IMG/VR virus record: IMGVR_UViG_2537561979_000003
Origin: a virus
Taxonomy: Duplodnaviria; Heunggongvirae; Uroviricota; Caudoviricetes
DNA length: 64,000 nucleotides
Strand: one strand, 5' to 3'
A program made the position numbers and the translations under genes. Shown one piece after another: positions 9,709-19,194 of this stretch. Every line of letters starts with the position of its first letter. Position 1 is the stretch's first letter. The notes under the pieces were generated by a model. The model saw only the letters and a list, made by a program, of their open reading frames with translations. It did no database searches and was not told the DNA's origin.

Positions 9709-10586
9709 ACTTCACCCTCGCTTGTATCACCAGCGTCCACCAACGACAATAAAGCCCTGGCCATCTTATGAACCAACAGTGCATCAATAATGCCAAGCGT
9801 ATGCCCCGGCTTAATGTTTAATGCTGCCTCAAGATGACACCTTTCCAGACCGCTTTTCTCGGCTTGTTTATGATGATATGGCGTAATAACGTCGCCCAAA
9901 ACACGGCTAATTCTTTCTCGTAATTGCTGGGTGCCAGCACACTTGATCGCTGTATCGTGGAGACGGTTAACCAGTTCGCGATAAACATGCGGCTTAATGC
10001 GGATACGTTCACCGGTGACGCCCTTTCCTGGCGTAGGCACCGAACTATCCGGAATATCCGGATAGTTGCCAGCCAGTCTACGCAAAACAGCCTTAATTGC
10101 ATCAATACGGTCATCATCAACTTTTTCTACAATATTGGAATTTAAATACTTCGAAGCCTTGCTATGCCAATCGCTGGTTTTAGGGTCTTGTCCATCCATC
10201 AAACGCCAAGCTTCAGCGATTAACTCATAGCCAGTAACAGTGGCTTCCTGCGCATCACCAATCAGTTGTGTGATCTCTCTTTCAAGCATGCTTAGAGCGT
10301 TAGGCATTGGTTTTTCTTCCGGTACTACTGGAACGGGGGGAGCGGCGTAGACCTCAATAATTCCATTATCAATAGGCCATTCTCCATCCTTGAGGTAGTC
10401 ACTTGTGCCGTCAACTTGCTGTTCTGCAATGTGGAATGCACCTATTGGTTTTGCTTCCAGTGATGCCAGAGCAATTCGTGCCAGTTCTTCCGCTTCTTCT
10501 GCTGGCAGTACAACGTTGCTACCAGGTCCGTATGTTTCGCGCCACTGCTTGATTGTCAGTAGTCGCTCTTTGGTAATAGTGATCAT
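9705..10586 (-). CDS. Hypothetical protein, 293 aa
   Basis: Long ORF in tightly coupled minus-strand operon. Confidence 0.55.
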   Translation of the reverse strand: MITITKERLLTIKQWRETYGPGSNVVLPAEEAEELARIALASLEAKPIGAFHIAEQQVDGTSDYLKDGEWPIDNGIIEVYAAPPVPVVPEEKPMPNALSMLEREITQLIGDAQEATVTGYELIAEAWRLMDGQDPKTSDWHSKASKYLNSNIVEKVDDDRIDAIKAVLRRLAGNYPDIPDSSVPTPGKGVTGERIRIKPHVYRELVNRLHDTAIKCAGTQQLRERISRVLGDVITPYHHKQAEKSGLERCHLEAALNIKPGHTLGIIDALLVHKMARALLSLVDAGDTSEGEV

Positions 10587-11098
10587 GCCGCGTTTCCTTC
10601 TTTCTTATTAACAATTACACCGTCATATATTTCATTAAGGTGCCCTCTTAACTCCATGCGCCTTAATGCAGATAACATGTAATCGCATTCAACCTGCTTA
10701 TTTCCAGTAAATGGCTTATCGTCAGGATTACCCCAACAGCAATTACCCTTGGGCCACCCATGTACTTTCCGTACTCTTCCGTTAACAACGTGAAGTAATC
10801 CCCAGCCAGGAGGTAAATCCTCAATTGAAATAATTCCCGGCTCACTAATAAAGAATCGCCAGTCGCCCATGCCAAGTGAGGGATTTTTACGGAAACGCTT
10901 TTTTCTATCTGCCAACAAATCAGCACGAGAACACTTCGCCTCTATCAGGCATGATGCTGAATTTCTGAATCCCATAGCATCTGGCTGTTCTCCGGTACTG
11001 GTTACAGCTATAAAGCGGTCATGAAAACAAACCTTGAACCCGTTGCGCTTAAGGAACTTGTACGCAATCTGACAGAGTTCGCGGTGTGTTAACGCCAT
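10583..11098 (-). CDS. Hypothetical protein, possible PD-(D/E)xK nuclease fold (start refined to MALTHREL)
   Basis: QPD ... IEAK motif spacing; ATG at 11098 follows upstream stop. Confidence 0.4.
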   Translation of the reverse strand: MALTHRELCQIAYKFLKRNGFKVCFHDRFIAVTSTGEQPDAMGFRNSASCLIEAKCSRADLLADRKKRFRKNPSLGMGDWRFFISEPGIISIEDLPPGWGLLHVVNGRVRKVHGWPKGNCCWGNPDDKPFTGNKQVECDYMLSALRRMELRGHLNEIYDGVIVNKKEGNAA

Positions 11099-11099
11099 A

Positions 11100-11732
11100 T
11101 CACTCTCCTTTGATGCGAATGCCAGCGGCGCGGGGCACATTAACTTCCACGATGCGCACAGTTGGTTTGTACATCTCAATCGCAGTCAGCCAGTCAGCGC
11201 CAGTCATGCGCTTTTCTGCATCGCCATTAGTCCACTTAACCGGTACACCAATAGCCTTCATCGCGATTTCTATTTCCCCGGCAATGGCGCTTTTTCCGCA
11301 ACCAGTAAAACCAGATACAACGACCAGAACTTCACCTTTGGCTGGTTTTATTTCCCGCGCTTCCAGTTCTGCTATGCGCTTACTTCCATCCGAGATAACA
11401 CCTTCGTAATACTCACGCTGCTCGTTGAGTTTTGATTTTGCTTCCTCAAGCTCAACTCTCAGCTTCCCTACCGTTAGAGCAATATCCTCGTTCTCCTGGT
11501 CACGGCGTTTGATGTATTGCTGGTTTCTTTCCCGTTCATCCAGTAGTGCCAGCACGGTTTCTGGTCCGGCCAGAAATTTGAAGGCGTTGAGCGCATCAAT
11601 ATCCACACCGTAATCTTTAAGTTCCTGTTCACTTAACAAATCATCATCAGCTGGCAACATTAACAGGCGTTCCATTGCTGGAATTGCACGTTCCGCCGCC
11701 TCACGCAGTGCCTGGTAATTAATTTCGCTCAC
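11100..11732 (-). CDS. Ea22-like family protein (coiled-coil middle, conserved termini)
   Basis: N-terminus MSEINYQALREAAE..; paralogous ends shared with neighbours. Confidence 0.5.
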   Translation of the reverse strand: MSEINYQALREAAERAIPAMERLLMLPADDDLLSEQELKDYGVDIDALNAFKFLAGPETVLALLDERERNQQYIKRRDQENEDIALTVGKLRVELEEAKSKLNEQREYYEGVISDGSKRIAELEAREIKPAKGEVLVVVSGFTGCGKSAIAGEIEIAMKAIGVPVKWTNGDAEKRMTGADWLTAIEMYKPTVRIVEVNVPRAAGIRIKGE

Positions 11733-12400
11733 TGGTTGCCTCCTTTGCGAAGCTGTTCAGCAATACTTACGCATATCTCTGCGCCTCTAATCAGCCCCGG
11801 AACGTTCTTGTTTGGCCCAACTTCACCATCAACAAAATCAATCATCGCGTTACGAGCCATATCCACCCCCTGCGCCCGAACTTCAGCCAGGAAAGCGTCG
11901 GTGGCTGGAATTTGCGGCATCCCTCCGTCTGTTGCGCAGATATACGCATCAGATATTTCATCCTGCTGGCCATCAAACACGTAGCAACAGCCCCTGATAA
12001 ACAGCTTCATTGAGGCATTCTCCACTGCCAGCGCCGTGCGATTACCATCCAGCTCTGCAATACGCTGTTTTGCGGCATCCAGTTCAATCGACAATTTTTC
12101 CAACTGCTCTTGATGCTTCTTGTATTCCTGATATGCGTGCCAAGACTGACCTTTGCGCACACTATCAGTGATATCAGTAATCTGTTCTGGTGTTAGCGTG
12201 GCCAGTGGCTGTGATGGGAAAATAAGCACTTTCCCGGAATCCCAATCAAAACCAGCGTGAATTGACTGAACCTCAACTGAAGGTGTTGAACCAATGCTGC
12301 CAGGCGAATGAACAACGATCGTTACATCCATATCGCGACGATGGCTGTGGTTGTTGGACAAAATACGATTCACCAACTCAGAAAATTTGGAAAATTTCAT
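11729..12400 (-). CDS. Ea22-like family protein paralog
   Basis: C-terminal PATDAFLAEVRA motif shared with 12684..13502. Confidence 0.5.
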   Translation of the reverse strand: MKFSKFSELVNRILSNNHSHRRDMDVTIVVHSPGSIGSTPSVEVQSIHAGFDWDSGKVLIFPSQPLATLTPEQITDITDSVRKGQSWHAYQEYKKHQEQLEKLSIELDAAKQRIAELDGNRTALAVENASMKLFIRGCCYVFDGQQDEISDAYICATDGGMPQIPATDAFLAEVRAQGVDMARNAMIDFVDGEVGPNKNVPGLIRGAEICVSIAEQLRKGGNQ

Positions 12401-12687
12401 GCTGATTCCCCTTTCTCTGCTCTCTCCTGTCGGAACATCACTATCATCAGGTCGCCTTTTGTCGCTATCCTGGCTGTTGTACCTGGTTCAATGCGGCTAA
12501 GCTCAAATGCGTCATAGAACGCTTCTAATGCCTTCTGGCGTAGTTCCTGTTTGCGCCGTTTTTTCCACTGTTTTAGGAAAATGGAACCCAGCCATCGCCA
12601 TGTACGGGACATGATGTAAAGCCAACCGAGAAGTGCCAGACCGGTATTTAGGAGCGTATCGATCGTTATTGTCGTGTCGATATTCAC
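12397..12687 (-). CDS. Small membrane protein (GTG start overlapping upstream stop)
   Basis: AAGGAAG RBS then GTG; one predicted TM helix. Confidence 0.4.
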   Translation of the reverse strand: MNIDTTITIDTLLNTGLALLGWLYIMSRTWRWLGSIFLKQWKKRRKQELRQKALEAFYDAFELSRIEPGTTARIATKGDLMIVMFRQERAEKGESA

Positions 12688-13502
12688 TGGCTGCTTCCTT
12701 TGCGAATCTGTTCCGCCCATTCTTCAAGGGATTTCTCCGCATATTCACCAGACAGGCCATCAATCGGATGCGCTTCATTAGCCAACTCTTCTTTCGCTGA
12801 CAAAATCATGCGTGTAACGTCGAAAACTTCACGCAAAGACTTATTGATAAATCCGTGATTGAACGCAGCAGCAAGACGGCTGGCGGTATAGTTAATCCCC
12901 TCGTTGCGTGCTTCCGCACGTACTTCAGCAAGGAAAGCATCGGTGGCTGGGGTTTCGACATTAGGTCGAAGCTCATAATCACAAACTCTTTCAATCCATG
13001 GTGATACTCTGTCGCATTTCCTCTTCTTGCGTTCACCGACCTTGGTTGCCTGCTGAATAATTACCCCCCAGCAAATGCTTTCGACCTCTTCGCTCCATCC
13101 ATCGCAAGCATCGCCTCTATAGTCGTCAATTGCAGCCTCAGCAGCAGCGATAGCCTCCTCAGCAGTTTTGTGACACTCGAAACTAAATTCAGAGCCATAT
13201 GAGAAATACATAGCCCCGGCCTTCAGTCTTGCATTCTCCGCTGCCAGCGCCGCGCACTTGGCCTCAAGAGCGGCAACCACTTCCTGATGGTCTTTGTACT
13301 TAACGTATGAGCCGGAGATGTCATCACCTTCGGTGTTTAGCCATGCGTCATTGCAATTCACTGCGTAGGTTCTGATGCTCATGCTGATGCTCTCCCGCCC
13401 CTGACAGACGCCAGGCCAGTCAATAAAGTATCCGCAATGCCTACCCTCAGACGTGCGCGCAGGATAAATGCCGTTATGACCGGCAAAATATATGCTACCC
13501 AT
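12684..13502 (-). CDS. Ea22-like family protein paralog (start uncertain, possibly ATG at 13382)
   Basis: Coiled-coil plus PATDAFLAEVRA C-terminal motif. Confidence 0.45.
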   Translation of the reverse strand: MGSIYFAGHNGIYPARTSEGRHCGYFIDWPGVCQGRESISMSIRTYAVNCNDAWLNTEGDDISGSYVKYKDHQEVVAALEAKCAALAAENARLKAGAMYFSYGSEFSFECHKTAEEAIAAAEAAIDDYRGDACDGWSEEVESICWGVIIQQATKVGERKKRKCDRVSPWIERVCDYELRPNVETPATDAFLAEVRAEARNEGINYTASRLAAAFNHGFINKSLREVFDVTRMILSAKEELANEAHPIDGLSGEYAEKSLEEWAEQIRKGSSQ

Positions 13503-13561
13503 TCATCTTGCGTTGCCTGTTCCGCCGCCTCGCGCAGTTCTTGATAGTTAATTTTGCTCAC
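13379..13561 (-). pseudogene. Ea22-like N-terminal fragment (MSKINYQELREAAEQATQ then out-of-family sequence)
   Basis: First ~20 residues match the Ea22-like N-terminus, remainder does not; likely recombination relic. Confidence 0.3.
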
Positions 13562-14135
13562 TGGTTGCCCCCTGAATACGCTTAAACTCGATTACCCACA
13601 CCCAAGGATTAGCGTTCCAACTATCTTCGCCATAAATTGATTTCCATAGGCTACGGAAACCTGGGTAATGCTTATCGCCAATGAGGGTCGATTCTGTTGG
13701 TGCGCCCTCAGCCCTTGCATCGCATTCGCTGATATCGTTCAACCGCTCAACGCGCACGTTGGTAATTTCCAGAAGAATGCGCGATGCCCAGCGCGGCATG
13801 TGAATTGATGGCGTCCACTTTTCTGATACTGGTTTATTACAAACCTCGACCGGAACCCGGTGCGTTTGTTCTGTCCAGGAGTTACGCACGCTTGCGCGAT
13901 AAACCAGCGTTGCGACGTCCGTCGCTTTGCCATGTACCCGGTAGGTTTCGCGAACCCAAATACGATCGCCCGGTTGACCATATGGACAATGCTTGGCAAG
14001 CAACTCTGCGGCCACTGCCCGTCCATAGAATTTTTCTTCAACAATCCTGCGAGTCTGTGTTTTATTCCCGCCAAGAATTGCCCGGACCATCTCATCGTTA
14101 AAAATCATGCCGCGCTCTTTCACTTCGCCTTTCAT
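13548..14135 (-). CDS. ASCH-like domain protein, 195 aa
   Basis: N-terminal MIFNDEMVRAILGGNKTQTRR resembles ASCH/PUA-like fold signature; tentative. Confidence 0.45.
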   Translation of the reverse strand: MKGEVKERGMIFNDEMVRAILGGNKTQTRRIVEEKFYGRAVAAELLAKHCPYGQPGDRIWVRETYRVHGKATDVATLVYRASVRNSWTEQTHRVPVEVCNKPVSEKWTPSIHMPRWASRILLEITNVRVERLNDISECDARAEGAPTESTLIGDKHYPGFRSLWKSIYGEDSWNANPWVWVIEFKRIQGATSEQN

Positions 14136-14144
14136 GCATCCCCC

Positions 14145-14231
14145 TTACCCATGTGCGACGATGCCGCCAAAAGTGATAGAGAACAGCCAGAAATAGATCG
14201 CGGCCATAATGATTTTGAATGCCGTGTTCAT
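14145..14231 (-). CDS. 28-aa hydrophobic peptide (MNTAFKIIMAAIYFWLFSITFGGIVAHG)
   Basis: GGAG RBS 8 nt upstream of ATG; first gene after an operator-like site. Confidence 0.3.
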   Translation of the reverse strand: MNTAFKIIMAAIYFWLFSITFGGIVAHG

Positions 14232-14313
14232 ATTTTCAGCTCCTGTGATTGATTGGATACATGCCGCGCCTTGCGGCATGTTTTTATTTTCACTTTCCCT
14301 GTTTTAAAAATCA

Positions 14314-14330
14314 AGATTTATTAGAGCAAT
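14314..14330 (-). promoter_or_regulatory. C1-operator-like 17-mer (16/17)
   Basis: ATTGCTCTAATAAATCT on minus strand, abutting stop of HAD gene. Confidence 0.55.
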
Positions 14331-14836
14331 TACTGTTGATGGAGAAGCGCGTTTTCATACTCCCTGACCATTAACGTAAGTACGCCGTGACTCCTGAAAA
14401 CACGCGCCACTTCAATCTTATCTTCCAGCGCGAACGCGATTTTACTTAGACCAATTTTCTTAAGGAGAGCAATCTTTGCTGGGCCGTCATTTCTGTCATC
14501 GGTGGCAGGACGCATAGATAGCAAAGGCTCAGCCCCGTTTGTTACGTGCTTACGCAACCAGGCTCGTGTTTTATCCCTGGCTATCTCACAGCGCCCGGTT
14601 ACAAACCAGACCGTGTAAACGTTAAATAACTGGCGCACCATATCAATAACTGGAGTGATGGGAGCATCAGTGTCACAGGCGAGATTAAACTCGTTCCAGT
14701 CCTTTGTTAATGCACCTTTACCTGGTGGCGGAAGCAAATGCAGTCTGTCTTCAGTTGCCTCTGATATTGTTCCATCAATATCAACTATGACGATATACGG
14801 ACGTTCCTGGTGTGCGTGTTTATTGAAAATACTCAA
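14330..14836 (-). CDS. HAD-superfamily phosphatase (P1 pap position)
   Basis: DxDGT motif (VIVDIDGTISE) near N-terminus. Confidence 0.6.
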   Translation of the reverse strand: MSIFNKHAHQERPYIVIVDIDGTISEATEDRLHLLPPPGKGALTKDWNEFNLACDTDAPITPVIDMVRQLFNVYTVWFVTGRCEIARDKTRAWLRKHVTNGAEPLLSMRPATDDRNDGPAKIALLKKIGLSKIAFALEDKIEVARVFRSHGVLTLMVREYENALLHQQ

Positions 14837-14908
14837 ATGCCCTCCTCATTGGACGAAAAAAATGCTGGTGGGCGCACTCCACCAGCATTAAAAGTGACAC
14901 TGTAACTG

Positions 14909-16171
14909 TCAGCGAACGTAAATAGTGCCGCCGTTCTCTTTTTCCCATGCATCGCTACGTGCATAGCAAACATCGAGAAGTCTTCTTGCCGCTGTTTCCT
15001 CTAAACCCAATTCGACAACCAACTGCTCATGACGGCGGGTAACCACATCAAACAGGGTATGCAGCCCTTTAGCTGCCAGATCATCAATAAATTCCGGTTC
15101 GAACGGCAGCTCTGCATCTGCCAACATAACCTCTTGCGCCCACTCGACACGGCGGACCAGTTCCGGGCGGCGGCTTTCCATCTCTTTACAGATCAATTCA
15201 TGGAAGAACTCTACCCAACCTTCCGGCTGGAACTCGCGGAAAATGGCCAGCGGCTGGAAGTTTGGCATCAACCATTCGTTGATTCGGATATCAATGGCAT
15301 AGCCCATGTCGCAGCAGAACTGATAAGCAAAGTCCAGCTTAGAAACGATATAAGGACGCTCGTTATTGAACTCTTTAGGCGATGAGATCCCATAAGCCAG
15401 GAGGCGCGGGAAGAAGGAGATTTGCCCTAACGTCGGATGAAGTTTGCTTGCAGGGAAACGGCGCTCAGTAATGCCATACATTTCCTTCTTGAGCGTCGCA
15501 AATTTGGCATTCTCATTAACCAGCGCGGTAACCTCTGCTTTTTTATTAGCAAATGCCACGCGCGCCTCGCTTGCATCTTTAATAGTTTTTTTGAGCTGTT
15601 GGTTAAGGTCGGCGACCTGCTTACGCAGTTCCTGTCGCTCGCTTTTAGCTTTGTTATAGCGTTTCTCAAGGTTAAAAGGATCAAGTTTCATGATCTCTTT
15701 ATATTGAGATTTTAGCGTTGAAATCTGTGAGTTCCGCAGTTCAACCATCGCGGTCATTTCATTGAGTTTTGTTTCCAGCTCAATGCTTATACGTTCGGCA
15801 TTATCAGCACGCTGGTTGGCGTCATGCGTCGCATCGTCGATCGCGTCCTGTTGCTGGCGTTTCAAATGTTCAATTTCCAGCTGAAGCTCTTCAATTTCTT
15901 TACCCTTCAGACCGAGATCCAACTGCATATTTTCAGCTGCATCTACCAGGGAGTTATGGCTATCAGCTTCTGCGTTATAAACATCAATAAGCTGTGCGTG
16001 AAGCATCTCCGCTGACTGAACCGCATTATCAAAAAAACGTGCTGTGAGGTCATCACAACTAACGCGGCGTTGCGCGGCCCGGATGTTCTGGATAATGGCC
16101 GGGATACCGGCATTCAGGACATCAGGGATACATACATTTTCGATTGATTGGTTTTGTGCTGAAGTGCTCAT
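14909..16171 (-). CDS. Hypothetical protein, 420 aa, long coiled-coil plus C-terminal globular domain
   Basis: Long ORF; heptad-rich middle region. Confidence 0.55.
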   Translation of the reverse strand: MSTSAQNQSIENVCIPDVLNAGIPAIIQNIRAAQRRVSCDDLTARFFDNAVQSAEMLHAQLIDVYNAEADSHNSLVDAAENMQLDLGLKGKEIEELQLEIEHLKRQQQDAIDDATHDANQRADNAERISIELETKLNEMTAMVELRNSQISTLKSQYKEIMKLDPFNLEKRYNKAKSERQELRKQVADLNQQLKKTIKDASEARVAFANKKAEVTALVNENAKFATLKKEMYGITERRFPASKLHPTLGQISFFPRLLAYGISSPKEFNNERPYIVSKLDFAYQFCCDMGYAIDIRINEWLMPNFQPLAIFREFQPEGWVEFFHELICKEMESRRPELVRRVEWAQEVMLADAELPFEPEFIDDLAAKGLHTLFDVVTRRHEQLVVELGLEETAARRLLDVCYARSDAWEKENGGTIYVR

Positions 16172-16172
16172 T

Positions 16173-16391
16173 TCAAAGTTCCGTATTAGCTTGTGCTTCG
16201 GTCATTTTTCCTAAGTATGAAGGAGGAAGGACTACGCAATTTGTATCCAGTCCCTCACCTATGGCAGCCTGTAAAATTCTGGCTAAGGTGAGTCTCTTGT
16301 TGCGATACCTGGTGATGACATGCCTGATACCGCCGGTCGGCGTAACAAAGGCGATCAGCCAGTAGTGATATTTCCGTCGGAATGGCCACAT
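16173..16391 (-). CDS. Small hypothetical protein, 72 aa
   Basis: ORF immediately upstream of the 420-aa gene. Confidence 0.4.
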   Translation of the reverse strand: MWPFRRKYHYWLIAFVTPTGGIRHVITRYRNKRLTLARILQAAIGEGLDTNCVVLPPSYLGKMTEAQANTEL

Positions 16392-16405
16392 AGTGCACCT
16401 TGTAG

Positions 16406-16422
16406 ATTGCTCTAATAAAAAA
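16406..16422 (+). promoter_or_regulatory. C1-operator-like 17-mer (15/17), plus orientation
   Basis: ATTGCTCTAATAAAAAA; inverted relative to site at 16455..16471. Confidence 0.5.
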
Positions 16423-16446
16423 CGTGATGAGTGTACATCACGTTTT
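16422..16446 (-). terminator. Bidirectional intrinsic terminator hairpin
   Basis: acgtgatg-agtgtac-atcacgt stem-loop flanked by A-run and T-run. Confidence 0.5.
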
Positions 16447-16454
16447 AAAAATAT

Positions 16455-16471
16455 GGAATTATTAGAGCAAT
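16455..16471 (-). promoter_or_regulatory. C1-operator-like 17-mer (14/17), minus orientation
   Basis: ATTGCTCTAATAATTCC on minus strand abutting stop of 16473..17174. Confidence 0.45.
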
Positions 16472-16472
16472 A

Positions 16473-17174
16473 TTATTCTGATTCTCGCTCAAAAAATGAG
16501 CTGATAAGGGGAAGCCAATCCTCTGACACTTCGCGAGGTCGCGGTTTGCCGTGGAAAAAGATTATTCGGCAGTCTTTTGGTAATGCCCCATTCCCCCTGG
16601 AGTAACGCGCGCTCGCATATTTTGAACCAGGTTCCACAACATCGGCCTTGTAACTTACAAACCATCCTGGATACAGATCCTGAAATGCTGGTGTATCATC
16701 GCCCATAACCTTTCGTAAGAACCCCTGGTCACCCCAGCACTCAGTAGTGACACAACGAGAAATCCAACCTTCCGGATCTTGCCAGAATGAACTCCAGATA
16801 TGCGCTTTAACACTATTTGGTATCCACAGGGCACCGCTGCCACGATATTGTGGATGGTAAAAATCCCTAAGCATGGTGAAGCTGGTTGGTGGATGCTCTA
16901 GGATTGGGCGTATATCACCGGCAATAACCGTGTCCAAATCCAGATAGAACAGATCATCGGTTATATCCGGTCGGAACAACTCGATTTTCGCCCACCAGCC
17001 ACGGCACTTTTGCCACTGGTTGATCAATGGGATAACTTTGACGCCAGGTACATGTAAACACTTCAGGTCTGTCAGGCAAATAATTTCATAGTCTTTTGGC
17101 AGTTGATTAACCAGCCACTGCACATCGGAAGCGTTATAGTCACCACCAGAGCGAAAAACTAAAGCAATCTTCAT
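16473..17174 (-). CDS. Putative nucleotide-sugar (GT-A-like) glycosyltransferase, 233 aa
   Basis: DLD (DxD-like) motif in YLDLDTV; tentative fold assignment. Confidence 0.4.
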   Translation of the reverse strand: MKIALVFRSGGDYNASDVQWLVNQLPKDYEIICLTDLKCLHVPGVKVIPLINQWQKCRGWWAKIELFRPDITDDLFYLDLDTVIAGDIRPILEHPPTSFTMLRDFYHPQYRGSGALWIPNSVKAHIWSSFWQDPEGWISRCVTTECWGDQGFLRKVMGDDTPAFQDLYPGWFVSYKADVVEPGSKYASARYSRGNGALPKDCRIIFFHGKPRPREVSEDWLPLISSFFERESE

Positions 17175-17863
17175 GCTGCACCATCACCTTTCACTTTCAT
17201 CAATGTCAGGTTTCCGCAAAATACGGCACCAGTGTCGATATACTGCTGATTCCAGAATGTCTTCGGGCTTTTCACCGGAGTGTGACCAAAGATAAAACGA
17301 TCTGCGCCCGAAATTTCGCCACCAATATCATCCATCGAATCACTGATACGCTCGCGCGCCCAGACAACGTTGAAAAGCGGCACCTCCTTACCGAATTGGT
17401 ATTCATTATCCGGATAGTCGGCATGGGCTATAACGATAGTTTCTTGCCCCGTGTTCAACTCAATGATATAGGGCAGACGCTTTACCAGCTCCACCAGCGC
17501 CCAGGCTAATATTTCCTGATCAGTGTCCAGCATGAAGAACCATTGTCCGCCATTCATTAGCCAGTTATTCACGTTGCCATCTGGACTTAACGCATCAATC
17601 ATCAGCCGCTCATGGTTCCCCATCACTGCCCTGAACCAGGGCATCTGCAATAGTTCCAGACATTCGACATTTTCAGTACCGCGATCGATAAGGTCGCCGA
17701 CCGATATCAGTAAATCCTGCGCCGGGTCAAAATCCACACGATGGAGTTCGGACATCAGTCTGGTGTAGCAACCATGCAGATCACCAACAACCCAGACATT
17801 CCTGTATTTGGTACCGTCGATACGGTGATAAATTGTGGGTGCCATCATGTATTCTTCAGCCAT
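17171..17863 (-). CDS. ppp: Ser/Thr protein phosphatase (calcineurin-like metallophosphatase)
   Basis: GDLHG, GDLIDRG and GNHE motifs in order. Confidence 0.85.
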   Translation of the reverse strand: MAEEYMMAPTIYHRIDGTKYRNVWVVGDLHGCYTRLMSELHRVDFDPAQDLLISVGDLIDRGTENVECLELLQMPWFRAVMGNHERLMIDALSPDGNVNNWLMNGGQWFFMLDTDQEILAWALVELVKRLPYIIELNTGQETIVIAHADYPDNEYQFGKEVPLFNVVWARERISDSMDDIGGEISGADRFIFGHTPVKSPKTFWNQQYIDTGAVFCGNLTLMKVKGDGAA

Positions 17864-18471
17864 TCTTTAAGAGTCATCTGCGGAATACCTCCCATTTTCC
17901 CGCATGAAACAACGTCAATCTGTTCACGCGCAGACTGGAATAACAAAGGCAGGTGACTTAGATTTTTTGGCGTGCCGCCGGAGTGAACGCGTAGTTCTTG
18001 CGTAGCGTCAACGCCCACCAGAGCTACATGTTTGAATCCGATATGGAAAGCCAGGTTCAGAGCACCATATGCACTATTGCCGCTGGCAATTTCATTCTCA
18101 TCTTCGCAAAGGCCGAAATGTGCGGACCAGCGCCACGCCCACCACTCGGGAGAATTCGTATTTTTTGGCTCCATGCCGCGTTCAGCCACACGACGGAAGC
18201 ACAGAACGCCATCTCTGACTTCACGTTCTTTAACATCGGGTAGTGCCATGCAATAACAAACACCACGGCGACGGCGGCCACGACCAACGCGCCGCATATT
18301 GTCTGGGGATGGATCAAGGGTGAAAAAATAAGAAGCGCGGTTAAGCCAGTCGATGGCCCCATTGACCGCTATAATCGGCACTCCGCGCGGCGCAACAAAG
18401 TTTGCGGCGCTTGGGCCACTGCCGACGATAATAACGCGATCACTGCCTCTAAATTTATTCTTGGGAAACAT
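17845..18471 (-). CDS. GSGPS-motif protein (DUF115/sialyltransferase-like N-terminus?), 208 aa
   Basis: [18 protein letters not shown] near N-terminus; paralog of next gene. Confidence 0.45.
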   Translation of the reverse strand: MFPKNKFRGSDRVIIVGSGPSAANFVAPRGVPIIAVNGAIDWLNRASYFFTLDPSPDNMRRVGRGRRRRGVCYCMALPDVKEREVRDGVLCFRRVAERGMEPKNTNSPEWWAWRWSAHFGLCEDENEIASGNSAYGALNLAFHIGFKHVALVGVDATQELRVHSGGTPKNLSHLPLLFQSAREQIDVVSCGKMGGIPQMTLKEWLKNT

Positions 18472-18998
18472 TGAATTGCACTGCTCCTACTTGCATTCAA
18501 AATATGTAAATCTGCGTGTTTTTTGCGGGTATCCAGGAACTGCTGTTGCCATTTTGAAATAGACACCTGCGTTGGATTCCGTAGTGCTTGAGGGTGCGCG
18601 CCATGCCAATGAAGGCCGTTTTGCAGAGAACAGTCATAGCCGACTAATACCACTACTTCAGCCCCTGATTCAGCAGCCAGACTGATAGCCTGCGCGCCGC
18701 TATTTACCCCTTCCGCCGGTCCACAATATCGCCTGTACTCCAACGAAAATGATTTCGCCGCCGCCAGGTTGGCTGTCACTTTGCGGAATCTCCCTCCCGG
18801 TATGGTGGATCCGTATTGCTTCCACCATGACAAATCACCGGCGTATAAGGCATAAATGTCATCGAACATCTGCCAGGAATTGTTAACCGCGATGATTGAA
18901 CAGCCAGTTTTTTCTATAGCAGCACAGTCCTCACGAGTGAGTGACGGACCGCTACCGACACAAAAAACAGTCCTAGTCGCCCTGGGTGGTATGTTCAT
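18369..18998 (-). CDS. GSGPS-motif protein paralog (start refined to MNIPPRAT)
   Basis: TVFCVGSGPSL..IIAVNNS; 3' end overlaps next gene by 103 nt. Confidence 0.45.
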   Translation of the reverse strand: MNIPPRATRTVFCVGSGPSLTREDCAAIEKTGCSIIAVNNSWQMFDDIYALYAGDLSWWKQYGSTIPGGRFRKVTANLAAAKSFSLEYRRYCGPAEGVNSGAQAISLAAESGAEVVVLVGYDCSLQNGLHWHGAHPQALRNPTQVSISKWQQQFLDTRKKHADLHILNASRSSAIQCFPRINLEAVIALLSSAVAQAPQTLLRRAECRL

Positions 18999-19128
18999 TC
19001 TCAGCTGCAAATTCAGCCTCCAGGCGAGCATTCATTTCAGCGATTACAGGGTCCACTACAGCATCTGTTTCCTGTTCATTACGCGGCATGACCGATGCCA
19101 GCGACTCATAATTAACCTTGGTTGACAC
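18973..19128 (-). CDS. Small acidic protein (about 51 aa, GTG start)
   Basis: GGAG RBS then GTG; overlaps start of downstream gene. Confidence 0.3.
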   Translation of the reverse strand: MSTKVNYESLASVMPRNEQETDAVVDPVIAEMNARLEAEFAAENEHTTQGD

Positions 19129-19194
19129 GATTATTCTCCCGATGTTAAAGTGCACTACCACAAAGAGCGTACATGCACTAATTAATTTATTATT

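Noticed and set aside
14258-14290. Hairpin with flanking A- and T-runs as terminator of a plus-strand gene
   Set aside because: No credible plus-strand gene lies upstream; more likely a bidirectional or regulatory structure between operator and the downstream minus-strand operon.
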